NCBI RefSeq assembly: GCF_032191835.1
Contig: NC_083224.1
Span: forward strand, 185,876,001-185,940,000
Origin: Heteronotia binoei
Taxonomy: Eukaryota
Direction: 5' to 3'
DNA: 64,000 nucleotides
Shown here: one piece after another, positions 13,028 to 26,100 of the stretch
How the letters are laid out: each line of letters opens with the position of its first letter
How positions within the stretch are numbered: position 1 is the first letter of the stretch
The notes under the pieces: model-generated
The model's input: only the letters and a program-made list of their open reading frames with translations
What the model was told of the DNA's origin: nothing
Database searches by the model: none
Translations under genes and position numbers: made by a program

Positions 13028-13334
13028 AAGAGCCCCGTGGCGCAGAGTGGTAAAGCTGCAGTACTGCAGTCAAAGCTCTCTGCTCACAACTTGAGTTCAA
13101 TCCCGGCGGAAGCTGGGTTCAGGTAGCTGGCTGAAGGTTGACTCAGCCTTCCATTCTTCTGAGGTCGGTAAAATGAGTACCCAGCTTGCTGGAGGGAAAG
13201 TGTAGATGACTGGGGAAGGCAACGGCAAACGACCCTGTAAAAAAAGTCTGCCATGAAAACGTCATGATGTGACGGTCATCCCATGGGCCAGTAATGACTT
13301 GGTGCTTGCACAGGGACCAAACCTTTACCTTTTT
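13028..13334 (+). mobile_element. Sauria SINE
   Basis: Same head, core and tail as 11709-12017. Confidence 0.85.
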
Positions 13335-14103
13335 AGCTCACACTAACTCAGCTTAGAGGGAACACTGCTTCTGGGAATTCTGTTGCTCTCTTTGTACTCC
13401 CAGTCCCCAAAACGTTTTATGTGGCACACTTTGACGCCTCTTTACTTGGCAGTAAGTCTCTCTGGTCCTGACCAGGATAGCCCAGGCAAGCCCAATCTCG
13501 TCAGATCTCAGAAGCTAAGCAGGGTTGACCCCGGCTAGTACTTGGATGGGAGACCACCAAGGAATAACAGTGGCTTGAGGCAGATAATGGCCAACCATCT
13601 CTGAATATCCCTTCTCTTGAAAGCCCAAAGGAGTCGCCCTAAGTCAGCTGTCAAAACAAAAAGTCTCTCTTGAGTTCAGCGAGGCTTATTTTCCAAGTAC
13701 GATGGGATGTCTTTCCAGACCCATCAGCTTTCCCCTTGTAATTATTTTTGCCTATCAAAGAGATGCTTTCAGCCTGATAGGGCTTCTGGAGCCAAGCGCA
13801 GTTATCTCACCAGGTTTTGTTTTTTTTAAAGGAAGGGGGCTGGGATGAGGGGCTCAAAGCATTAATGGTCCCCCCCCCTCCCAAATGACCCACTTGAAAG
13901 CAGCTTGTGAACTTAATTAAGCTTCAAGGGTTGGTTAACAAAGCAGAAGAAATGCCCCCTCCCTGACACACAGACGCTTGGATCCTCTAAAGAAGGCTTT
14001 GAAGATCAGAATGGCCCCTCCATCCAGACAAGGTGCCGCTGGAGCAGACCACTTGGCAGTAACATGCAAAGGCCATTTGGCTACTTGGCAAGCTGCTTTG
14101 GGG

Positions 14104-14110
14104 TATAAAT
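14104..14110 (+). promoter_or_regulatory. TATA box of Pinhead
   Basis: TATAAAT about 45 nt upstream of the ATG (14154) of a signal-peptide exon that splices in phase to Pinhead exon 2. Confidence 0.7.
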
Positions 14111-14153
14111 AGCAAAGCGGTGCCTCTGAATTGGCAGCAACGAAGCTCCAGGT

Positions 14154-17100
14154 ATGGTGTTGATGATGATGATGTTCCTCTGGCTTTTCTGGATCTCCAC
14201 TTTTCCTGGTGAGGTTTCTTGCCTTGAACCGTGGGCAGTTAAGGGCTTCACAAACCATTAGCAGGCCACTGAGGTCACTGGATTTGACACAGGGTGGAGG
14301 AGAAAAGTTAAAATGGGAAGTTCCTTCTGCTCAACTCAGGTTTGGAATGTAACAAGATAGAATTAGATAAAGTCACCTATAATTTGGATGGGAGGAGGTA
14401 TTTAAAACAGAGGTCTAATGTTTGAGGGTTAGGGTTTTGGTTCAAATAAGCAATGCATGCCGGTTTGGCATTAGTTTGTGTTACTTGATTACTGTTTGTA
14501 ATCTGGGTTTCTTTAGGGGGGGGTTTCTTTTGGTGACTGGGTGGGTTTGATCTTGCCTGTATTCTGTATATGATTCTGTGTGTATCTCTGCATTTTGAAG
14601 TAAACTTGTTTGAATTACCATGTAAGAATTAGATCCAGGTGGGCAGCCGTGTTGGTCAGAAGCAATAGAACATGGTGGGAGTCCAGCAGCACCTTTAAGA
14701 CCAAGAAAGTTTTATTCAGAATGTAGGCTTTCGTATGCATGCACACTTCATCAGACAAAGGAACGGGGTACAGTGAGCAGTGCTACATATAGCTGGTGGG
14801 CAGTAGTTAAGCATGCAAAAAAGAACTACGTAACAATAAATTAAATTGAATATTTACTGTATATGTGCATTTACTAAATAAAGTGCTGAAATAGCTTAGT
14901 ATCTAAATTGCAATAATAACAATATAAATATCTATGTACCATTCTAATAATGAAGATTTAAAATGGGAGGGGGGGTTTACCTGTAGTGACGATTAATTTA
15001 AGAGGGACTCTCTAAATAAATTTGGAATGCTGTGGTCTATATAACATTGTTTTATGTCCTCCTCTGGATACCAATTTGATTAAGAGGGGACTTTAATGTT
15101 TGTATTATATTTTTTTAGATGGACTTACTTCTATGATTGATTGTTATTATTATTAGAATGATTATTAGAATGATTCTGTGCTTTTAAGAGCTGCCTCAAA
15201 GGCAGAGATTCAACAGGTTAAGTTTTCACTGTTCATCCTTCAGGTGTTTGCCGGGAAACAATGGAGCAATTGTTTTGACTTGCTGACCTAGCAAGTTGGA
15301 TGTTTTCATGCCAATTTGCATGCAAGAGGGTATTTTTTAAAGTTATTATTAATTCCCTGATGGTAGTAGAAACCAGTGTTCCCTCTAAGCAGAGTTAGTG
15401 TGAGTTAGCTCACAGTTTTTAGCCTCCAGCTCCCACATTTTTGTCTTAGCTCAGGAAAATATGGCCCCAGAGCAAGCTAATTCATGCAGTAACTCACAGC
15501 TTTAATGCCAGTGGCTCACAAAACAGAATTTTTGCTCACAAGATTCTACAGCTTAGAGGGAATATTGATAGAAACTACTGTCAAGTAAAGAGCCCTGTGG
15601 CACAGAGTGGTAAACTTGCAGTACTGCAGTCCTAAGCTCTGCTCACAACTAGGGATGTGCAAAAAAAAAAAATCAGAAGTACATGGATTCGGAAGTATAT
15701 GGGGGGAGGGAATACTACGGAATCCTATATATTTCTGAAATCCGTAGTCAGAATAGCCTCATATACGTTAGATGCACGGAGAGCCAGTTTGGTGTAGTGG
15801 TTAAGTGTGCGGATTCTTATCTGGGAGAACCGGGTTTGATTCCCCACTGCTCCACTTGCACCTGCTAGCATGGCCTTGGGTCAGCCATAGCTCTGGCAGA
15901 GGTTGTCCTTGAAAGGGCAGCTGCTGTGAGAGCCCTCTCCAGCCCCACCCACCTCACAGGGTGTCTGTTGTGGGGGAGGAAGGTAAAGGAGATTGTGAGC
16001 CGCTCTGAGACTCTTCGGAGTGGAGGGTGGGATATAAATCCAATATCTTCTATTTCCAAATATACGGCCCCATTATACCCTATGGGCCATTGAAATCAAT
16101 GGCAAATAGGGTATATTTGAAGCCGCCTGGAGGGGAGGGAGTTTGAGGGAGAGCCCCCAAATTTGCAGGGGACTCTCCCCTACAAACCCCCCAAGTCCCA
16201 AAAAGATTGGCCCAGGGGATCCCATTCCAGGGGCACCCAAAGAGGATGCCCCTATTCCACCATTATACCCTATGGGCCACTGAAATCAACGGCAACAGGG
16301 CATTATTAGAGGCTACTGGGGGGGCAGGGGGTTTGAGGGAGAGCCCCAAAAACTGCAGGGAACCCGCAGGGGACTCTCCCCTACAAAACCCCCAAGTCCC
16401 AAAAAGATTAGGCCAGGGGATCCCTGTCTTTGGGTTCCCCAAAAGGTCCATTGCCAACAATGATGGGGAAAGCCCAATTAGCCACTTCCTCCACTACAAT
16501 TGCTGTGGGGAAAGTGGCTCTGGCCAGAGGGGAGTTTGAGGGAGAGGCCCCAGAACTGCAGGGCAGCTTCAGAGGACTCCCCAGCATGAAACCCCCCAGG
16601 CCCAAAAAGACTGCACCCATCAGCGGGCACCCCAAAAGGAACATTGCTCCCAATGGTGAGAAAAAAACAATTAGAGCCACTTTCTCACTGTAATTGTCGT
16701 GGGAAGAGTGGCTCTGGGGAGCAAGAGGTTTTGAGGAGAGCCCCTCACACTGCTGTGCAGCTTCAGGGCACTGTCCCACACAAAACCCACAAGGCCAAAA
16801 AAAAAAATTGGACCAGGGGTTCCAATTCCTGGGGCACCCAAAGCCAAACCTAACTTCACACCAGAGAATCTCTATAGGACCCAAATGCACTACATCCCTC
16901 TATCTACTCTATGAACCCTGCAGGCCTGGAACCAATATAAACCCAGTTGCCAACATCACTGCCACACAAAACACAATCTGCTCAAGGTCTGCTCTGCAGA
17001 CAAGGCTGTAGCAAACCCAGATGCCAGCTCTCCAGCCCTGCCCCAAACAACATGGGGAGAGCTGGCCAACCACAACAAGCATGCCGGTTCTGGGTTTCTC

Positions 17101-20100
17101 ACCCAGGTGCCAGCTTCCCTGCCACAGAACACACAATCTACAGATGCCAGCTCTCCAGCCCTGCCCCAAACAACACGGGGAGAGCTGGCCAAGCACAACA
17201 AGCATGCTGGCTCTGGGTCTCTCACCCAGGTGCCAGCTTCCCTGCCACAGAACACACAATCTACAGATGCCAGCTCTCCAGCCCTGCCCCAAACAACACA
17301 ACTCTCAAACAAGACAAGTGGTGGACCACCACACCTAGCTCCACATCATTCTGTATCTGACACAAAGCAAGAAGCATTTTGACTTACCTTGAGTGATGGA
17401 TGGTTGGCTGGTCCAGGCTCTTTTGCGTTACCCAGGGTGCACCACGAGGAGGCGAGCCAGAATTGCACCCCAAATGAGGAAGATCACTGGGAGGGCCTCA
17501 GATTGTGTGAGAGGAAGGCAACCATTCCTTCTCTTTCAGCTCAGCAACACACCAGCATCACTGTCCCATCAGAGGGACCTCAGCATTGGCATGGCTGCTG
17601 GCTGCCTGTCGTCATCACTGGCACTTCCTTCTTTCTTCCTCCTTCCCCTGAAAAAAAAACCTGGGTTATCCGGGCTGGGCCTGTGGGTGCTGTCAGTTTC
17701 AGTTGGGGGCTGCAATGGCCCTTTCAGTATTATTAGGTGTGACGGAACCGGCCCGATTCTGCCTTCAGACCCGGTCCCGTCTGCTCCCTATGGAGTCGCC
17801 AACTCCTGGAGGGAGCTATTTCTCCTCCTGCCCCTTGGGCTCGCTGCCACCACCTGCTCAGTCTAGGGGTTCAGATTGAGAGGAACAGGACTCCCAATCC
17901 CCCTCTCCAGCTATGAGGCCAGGCCTCAAGGTCCTCTGCCACCCTGCACTTGGGTTTCACAGAGACCTCAGCACTTCTTTGGTGCACCCCTGGAGGATTG
18001 GCACCTTATCCAACTGCATGCCTTCCCCCTTCCCTGGGGTCCCCTTCTTAACACAGCGTGTTTATTTAAAAGAGAAAAAGAAAGGGAAAGAAAAAAAATA
18101 CAAAAACAGTTGCATTTAAAAAATTAGCACAGCACAGCACCCGTGCAGCAAACAGCATGACAAACAAAATGTGGTTTTAAACGCGTCCTGCTGTCCCTGA
18201 TCTAAACACGCCCTGCCTTTTTGGATGACTTACTTGGTCTTACTGCCTGGAGGCCTCATTTTCTTGAATAGGCCGCATGCACAGGCAGGAGCTCCCACAC
18301 TGGCAACCTCTTCCTTCGAGCTGCAGCTGAGAACTGAAAACTCCTCCTCCTAGCACATGCCAAGAACAAAAGAACTTCCTGCCTCTCTAGGAGACTTTCC
18401 CCCTAGTGTTGTTGGTTTGGCTCTGGAAGGGAGGGGGGAGTGAGGGGAAGGCTAGGCCGAAGCCTGCTTCGCAGTTTCATGTTCCTTCCCAAAGAAGCAC
18501 CAACATTGACTAAAATGGCGTTTCTCCACATTAGGCATGTGTGGATGGGGGACTGGGGAAATTTGGATCGGTTTGCAGTTTTTAAACCAGCATTCACTTT
18601 TGGTTTGGGGAGGGATGAGGGGTGGGGTGGGGGGATGCACTGCCAATCAGTTTGTGAGTGAGTTTTTGGGCTGTCTTTGGACTCTAGACTATTTTTAGTG
18701 GAGGAGCGTTTTACAACCACCTTCCAAGCACGGGCCAAGAGAGGATACATGCACAAGTAGGTGCTCATTTCATTCACTCTCAAAGTCTACATTCGGGGAG
18801 CCGAACAGAGGCAAGTTGACCTTCAGGAAGACCAACTGCTCAACTGTCCAGGGTTGCAGGTGATTGCGATGTGGGCAGACAATGTTGCCCATATGTGAAA
18901 AGACGCGCTCACTCTGCACGCTCGTCGGTGGGCATGAGAGGAATGCCTTGGCCACGGAGGAGAGGGCCGGCCAGATCTCCTCCTTCGTGACCCAGTAGTC
19001 CAAAGGAGTCGCTTCCTGCGGCTCGAGGGGCTCCAAAAGATAGTCCCTCACCATCGCAGCACCCGTCTTCGCTCTCGGTGCCCTACCGCTCCTAGAGGGG
19101 CCAATGACCCCCCCCCGATGAGTGTCACCTCAGGACTCTTCGTGGCGTGAGTCTGGTGGGAAACACTGCCTAGCTGGGGAGGTTGGGGTTGAACAACAGC
19201 AGTGGAAGTGGCAGATGAGCTGCTTCCACCCCCCTCCTCCTCAACTACCGGCACTGGGCCTGCCCTGACTCTGGAACACTCGACCTTCTGGGAGAGCTTG
19301 TCTTGCCAGCGATTGAGCTCGTTGGCCCGTTCGGCGACTGTGCCCTTAAGGCGCGGGTCTAACATGGTTGCCATCATGTAGACCTTATCCTGGGTGAAAG
19401 TCTGAAAGCGGGCCTCAAGCCCTTCCTGCAGCCTAACAACCAGGGTGCGCACTGCTGGAAGAACATCTGCACAGCCTTGACCTGGCACTAGAAATGAGGC
19501 CAGGTCCTCACGGGCCATCTGGACCAGGGGACGACCAGTGCGATGCTCACCGTGTCAGATGAGAGCATTTCTGTGTGGGTCTTGAAGGGCCCAAGAACCT
19601 CCACAGTCTGAGAAATGACCACCCAATCCTCTTGGGTGAGATGGTTCTCATCCCGAAAGACCCTCATCTCAGAGACAAAGGCATCCAGGGCTGCTCTCTG
19701 CTCCACCATGCGCTCCAGCATGGCACAGGTGGAGTTCCAGCGTGTGCTGACGTCACCGATCAGGCAAAACCTGCAGCAATAGAGAATAGATTCAAACAGA
19801 AGGCCAACACAAACTCAACTGTTAAAAAAGTGGCCATTTAAACAATGACAATTAGGCCAAACAGCACCCCCACCACCCCAAGAATCAGAACTAGAAGAGA
19901 AAAGGAACAACAGCAGCACAACACAGCAGCAACAAATCAAACACAGAATCTTTTTAAAACAGTAAAAAACTTTTAACAATACAGGAACTTTTCCAACCCC
20001 TCCCCCGCAAAAACCCCCCCCTATTCCGTATACAGGGGTGATTCGGCGGTTGATTCGGTTCGGCTAAACCGAATGCACATCCCTACTCACAACCTGAGTT

Positions 20101-23100
20101 CAATCCCGGCGGAAGCTGGGTTCAGGTAGCCAGCTCGAGGTTGACTCAGCCTTTCATCCTTCCAAGGTCGGTAAAATGAGTACCCAGCTTGCTGGAGGGA
20201 AAGCGTAGATGACTGGGGAAGGCAATAGCAAACCACCCCGTAAAAAAAGTCTGCTGTGAAAATGTTGTGAAAGCAACATCACCCCAGAATCAGAAACGAC
20301 TGGTGCTTGCACAGGGGGACTACCTTTACCTTTTTATTGTCAAGTAACAGCTGATTTGCGGTGACCCTGTGGGGTTTTTAAGGCAAGACATTTTCAGAGA
20401 TGGTTTGCCATTGCCTACCTCTGTAGATTTCCTTGGTGATCTCCCATCCCAGTCCTTAACCGGGACTGACCTTGCTTAACTTCCCAGATCGGAGGAGATG
20501 AAAACTAGCCTGGGCTATCCCAGCCAGGTCTATTATTATTCCCTCCCTGCTTCAAAAATAGAGCTAGAAGAGTCTTTCAAATTCCTAAGAGGCACAGAAT
20601 GTTTTTGCAGCCAGTGTCAATTCATAAAAAGAACCCTACAGGATCCAACCAAGGATTCATATGGTCCCGTGTCCTGTTTGTAATCTGCCAGCCAGGATGA
20701 TGGGAACGCCTCCCTTTTGGAATAAACTGGTACTTAAAGGTATGCTGCCTCTGAATGTGGAAGTTCCATTTGGCCGTCGTAATCACTAATAGGCCTCCTC
20801 CATGAGTTTATCTCTGAAAGTCACCCGTGCTGATAGCCACTGCGGCATCTTGTGTCAGAGAGTTCCGTAAGGAAATGACATCTTGTGTGAACAAGTGTTT
20901 TGTTTTGTCTCTTCTGCCAATCCCTTGCATTGGCTGACCCTGAATTCTAGTCACGCAGGGGAAACAAACAATTTCTCACCATAGAACAAAGTTGGAGTCC
21001 AGTGGCATCTAGACCGACGATGTTTTATGTAAGGTATGAGCTTTTGTGTGCACGCACACTTCCTCAGATATAGGGTTGCCAATCCCCAGGTGGGGGCAGG
21101 GGTTCCCCTGGTTTGGAGACCCTCCCCCCGCTTCAGGATCATCAGAAAGTGGGGCGGGGGTGGAGGGAAATGTCTGCTGGGCATTCCGTTATTCTCTAAG
21201 GAGACCGATTCCTAAAGGGTATAATGGAGAATTGATCCAGGGGTATCTGGAGCTCTGGGGGGGGGGGCTGTTCCTTGAGGTAGAGGCATCACATTTTCAG
21301 TATAGCATCCAATGCCTCTCCTCAAAACAGCCTCCAAGTTTCAAAAGGATTGGACCAGGGGGTCCAATTCTATGAGCCCCCAAAGAAGATGCCCCTATCC
21401 TTCATTATTTCCAATGGAGGGAAGGCATTTAAGAGGTGTGCTGTCCCTTTAAATGGGATGGCCAGTACTCCCTTTGGAGTTCAGTTATGCGTATCACACC
21501 CTTGCTCCTGGCTCCATCCCAGTGTCTCCTGGCTCCACCCCCAAAGTTTCCTGGCTCCACCCCCAAGATCCCAGATACTTCCTGAATTGGACTTGGCAAC
21601 CCTATTCAGATACAATGAAATAGATTAGTTCATGCAATTTGCATCTGTTAAAACATCTTCATTAAGTTGTATGCCAATTTACTGTTCAACCTCTGCCTTA
21701 TGTGTATGGACTGGTCAATTCCATTTTACGGTATCTGAGGAAATGCTCATGTACACGAGAGCTTATCCCTTGAATAAAACCCTGTTGATCTTAAAGGCGC
21801 CCCTGGACTCAAAACTTTGTTCTACTGCTTCAAACCAACACAGCTGCCCACCTGAATCTAATTTCTCACTGTGTTCTCCAACCCGCACTTAATTTTATGA
21901 ACCTCTTACTGTACGCGTACGTCTGTCCCTTTGTCTTTGACATTCTCTGCAATGTACCCGACGCTGCAAGCGCTGAAATCTGTCCCTCTTCCCCCCCCAG
22001 CCGTGGCGTCCGCTGGCCGATCACAAGAAGGGCGGAACCTCTTTGCCCAGCGAGGATGCTGCAAGCGCCAAACAAAGCACGTCTACATCGGACAGGGTGA
22101 GTCAAGACGAGAGGCCAGTTTTGATGTCAAAAGCCTGTGCTGAATTACATTTGCCGTTGCAAGATACACAGAACACGAAATCTCCTTCTGAATCTGGGTG
22201 TGAAGACTGCCTAGTTTGTGCAGCCTCAATATCTGTAGTTTCCTTTCGATTAGAATCGGGAGGAAAATCCTGCCTTGCGCAAGGGACATTCCCGGGGCAT
22301 CCCTTTTTAGATGCTAACGTTACTTCTAAGATAGTCCCATTCCTACCATTTGCCACAAGCTGGACAGCTTCAGAACTCAACAGCCAGTCCTCTGATCGCT
22401 GTGATCCCATTAAATTATTGTGTTGCTAGCTTTTGATTTTTTTAATATTTACTCATAGAGTTGCCAATCCCCTGGTGGGGGCAGGGAATCCCCTGGTTTG
22501 GAGGCCCTCCCCCCCACTTCAGGGTCATCAAAAAGCAAGGGGAAGAGAGGGAAATGTCTGCTGGGAACTCTATGATTCCCTATGGAGACTTATTCCCATA
22601 GGAAATAATGGAGAATTGATCTGTGGGTATCTGGGGCTCTGGATGGGGTTGTATTTTGAGGTAGGGGCATCAAACTTTCAGTATAGCATCTAGTACCTCT
22701 CCCCAAAATACCACCCCCAAGTTTCAAAGTGATTGGACCAGGGGGTCCAAGTTTATGAGCCCCAAAAGTAGGAGCCCCTATCCTTCATTATTTCCTATGG
22801 AAGGAAGGCATTTAAAAAGCTGTGTGGTCCCTTTAAATATGATGGCCCTTTGGAGTTCAGTAATGCTTTTCACACCCTTGATCTTGGCTCCACCCCCAAA
22901 GTCTCCTGGCTCCACTCCCAAAGTCCCCAGATTTTTCTTGAATTGGACTTGGCAACCCTATTTACTCATACGATTGTCAACTCTGGGATGGAAAACACCT
23001 GGAGATTTGTGGGGGTGGAGCTCGGGGAGGGAGGGATCTCAGTGGGTTAAGTCCACCTTCTTGGGTTGCCAACCTCCAGGCTGGTGACAGGAGAAAGCCC

Positions 23101-26100
23101 AAAGGTTCCGTGATAACCAGCCTCCAAAGAAGCAATAATACACTTATATAAACTTACAAAACAAACTTCTATAACATTCAAAACACTCTCAGACAAACCA
23201 TCTTATAAACATATCCTGATATACAGAACACCTAAAGTGAAAACAAAGGAAGGACATAGTCTTTGAAAGTTCATGATAAACAGTCCCACGTAGACGCTAA
23301 CAGGTCCTTCCACATTCAAAGGAATCCTCAGTCCAGTTGCTCCTGAGGAGACCCTGTAGTGTATCTGAATAGTTTCAATGCCAAATGTATTAAGCACACC
23401 GCGACGAGGCAGTACTTTGTATTCCTTTGTTTCGCTAGAAGCTTTGACCAGCTTTCAACAACTTTTATCGGAGCACGGCAAGATTTCAATTCTTTGCGCG
23501 CGGTTAAATTACAATTTCCCCAAAGTCTTGCCTTTGAACGTGGAAGGACTTGTTATCGCCGCCGCCTAGACAGAGGTTGGCAATCATACTGCAAACACCA
23601 GGGAAAAGTCAAATTTCATTCTTAGCTGAGGTGAGAAGAGAGTCATTTTGGCAGCTCTCTGCAAGCGACCTTACCCAGCATGAACTTTTGACGCTGCTGT
23701 GTCCTAGCCTTGCACAAGATCTCTACGCATGACCCCCACCTGGTGCAATGGGAGTCCCCCGCTCATGCTTTTGCGCACACACTCCTCCAAATCGGAATGT
23801 TTGCCTACATGGCTCTCAACAGATCATCTCCGATTTCCTCTTCCCTTCCTAATCTCAACCCCCACCTCTTGTTTCTGCAGGATTGCAGGCAGTCTCACAC
23901 CTTCCCTGGCCACAATGAACCTCCCCATTAAGGGGTGTTTCTGTGTTACTTCCTCAGCTATCCCACTGAAAGATCGGCCACTTCCCCTACTTGTAGGGGG
24001 ATGGTTAAAAATAACGACTAGGAAATCCGGGGGTGGGGGCAAATGCAGCATGTTGAGGCAACATAGCATCAACGCCACCATCATCTTTCAGGGAAGCTCC
24101 CCGCCCCAGCAAAGCAAAAGGCAAACAGCCCTTACCTGTTTGTTCCAACATCTTGCAATCAAAGGTAGACTGTCTTCCAACCTGGAGGTTCCGTTTAGTT
24201 GCAGAGGGCAGTCCGTGGGTCAATTGCGGTTACGAATTCTAAAGCTTTAATGCTGACAGCTGATCTCTAGCAAAGCTTAACTTAAGCCACGGAATGGAAT
24301 CTTGCACTGCGCTTCACCCAGAGTCACTTGTCCTTGCATTCGATGCAGCTTTGCTTGCAAGCTCCATGGGCTTAATTAGTGTTCAGTGAAGTCAACAATG
24401 CATCCTCAGTTTACGCCCTTCCTTTCTTCTCCTGATCTGTAGGGGTCACCTGATTGTTTCCCCAATCTCCTCTCCCTCTGTACATCTCATCCTTTCTGTA
24501 AGAAATACATATAGGAATGAAATTCTTTCTAACCCAAATGATGGTATTTAGGGAAAACTAGGAATCAACGAGGAGGCGATAGTCCCATTAGGTTTAACAT
24601 TTTCCCCGCTTGCAGAGGGAGAGGACTGGGCCTCCAAGAGAAAGTCTGAGTTGAATCCTGAGTGTCTGCCAAGTTCTGCCTCTAGTCTTAAAATGATTGC
24701 AGGGCTTACTTGACATCTGTTTGGTGCAGTGGTTAAGTGTGCGGACTCTTATCTGGGAGAACCGGGTTTGATTCCCCACTCCTCCACTTGCAGCTGCTGG
24801 AATGGCCTCGGGTCAGCCATAACTCTCATAGTTGTCCTTAAAGGGCAGCTGCTGTAAGAACTCTCTCAGCTCCACCCATCACACAGGGTGTCTGTTGTGG
24901 GGGGTGGGGGAGGTAAAAGGAGATTGTGACCACTCTGAGATTCAGAGTATAGGGTGGGAAATAAATTCAATTCTTCTTCTTTTCTCTTTGAGGCCCTAGA
25001 GGAAGCAGGGAGAATGTCATTTTTGACAGCATCTGTGAGCTTTGCTAAAATTACAAAATTGCTTTCTGCATCTGCCCTTCACCCCCCCCCCCCGCCAGAT
25101 GTCTCTGGTAGTCCGGCGAGCATTGATGTTGGCACGTGCCGGACCCATTGTGGGGGTTCCCAGAGGATGACATCCTACATTGCGGGAGTCCTTGGCCTCT
25201 CCAGACCATCCTCTATGCTGGAATTCCTTAAAACTAAGAAGGTAAGGATGACAGGTTCTGTTCACAAACATAGCCCACACGGAATATCATTCTATTGGGG
25301 GTACAGTGGAGAAACATTGATGGTGGGATACAAGAGAGTCAAGTTTTTAATCCCTTCTCTCTGAAACTTCTAACAAGAGAGAGGGCCAGATCCATATCTG
25401 CTTCCTTTTTCAGGTAGGAAACAGATGAGGCATGGGGTGGTAGAACTCTGAAATCACCGTGGATCTACTAAAATTACCTGACGGTAGATTTAGGGCAGAC
25501 ATTGTGGAACTCACTGCTGGAAGAAACAGCAATAATCATTAGTATGAAGAGGAAATACACAAATTCATGGAGGAGGAAGAGAATCCTGTAGCTGTTCCTT
25601 TCCTTTTATCTGCTTAAAGCTCTAGAATACATCGATCTTGAACAGTGAATAGTTGTTATTGGTCATTTATCACCAAATAGACAAAAGGAGTAAAAAAAAG
25701 TGTTTTTGCAGCTGCTAGAGTTCTTTCAGATCCCTGTCAGCAAATAGATATGCAAAAATAGTGAAATATAACACCTGAGATTAGCAAACAAAGGACACTC
25801 CAGAAGGATATCTGCAATTGTGTCAATCTTGCCTAGGGCTTTTTTTGTAGAAAAAACCCAGCAGGAGCTTATTTGCATATTAGGCCCTGACATCACCATT
25901 TTTTACACAGGCCTTTTCCTACCACACACAGAGAGAGAAAGAGAGAGAGAATGCACAGAAACTCAGTTCTGGCTAGCTTGGCATCAGGGGGTGTGGCCTA
26001 ATACGCAAATAAGTTCCTGCTGGGCTTTAACATATCAGGTCACACCCCCTGATGTCCAGCCAGCCGGAACTGAATTCCTCTGCGTTCCTGCTCAAAAGAA

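Larger units (their letters stand above)
15650..20085 (-). mobile_element. hAT DNA transposon, 4436 bp, internally deleted, inserted into a Sauria SINE in Pinhead intron 1
   Basis: 12 bp TIRs TAGGGATGTGCA (15650-15661) and TGCACATCCCTA (20074-20085); 8 bp TSD CTCACAAC (15642-15649, 20086-20093); transposase remnant inside. Confidence 0.93.
15588..20335 (+). mobile_element. Sauria SINE split by the hAT insertion (15588-15649 and 20086-20335)
   Basis: The two halves join into a contiguous SINE at the duplicated CTCACAAC. Confidence 0.88.

Noticed and set aside
16909-17382. Overlapping ORFs on both strands
   Set aside because: Artefact of a 123 bp (41-codon) tandem repeat inside the hAT element.
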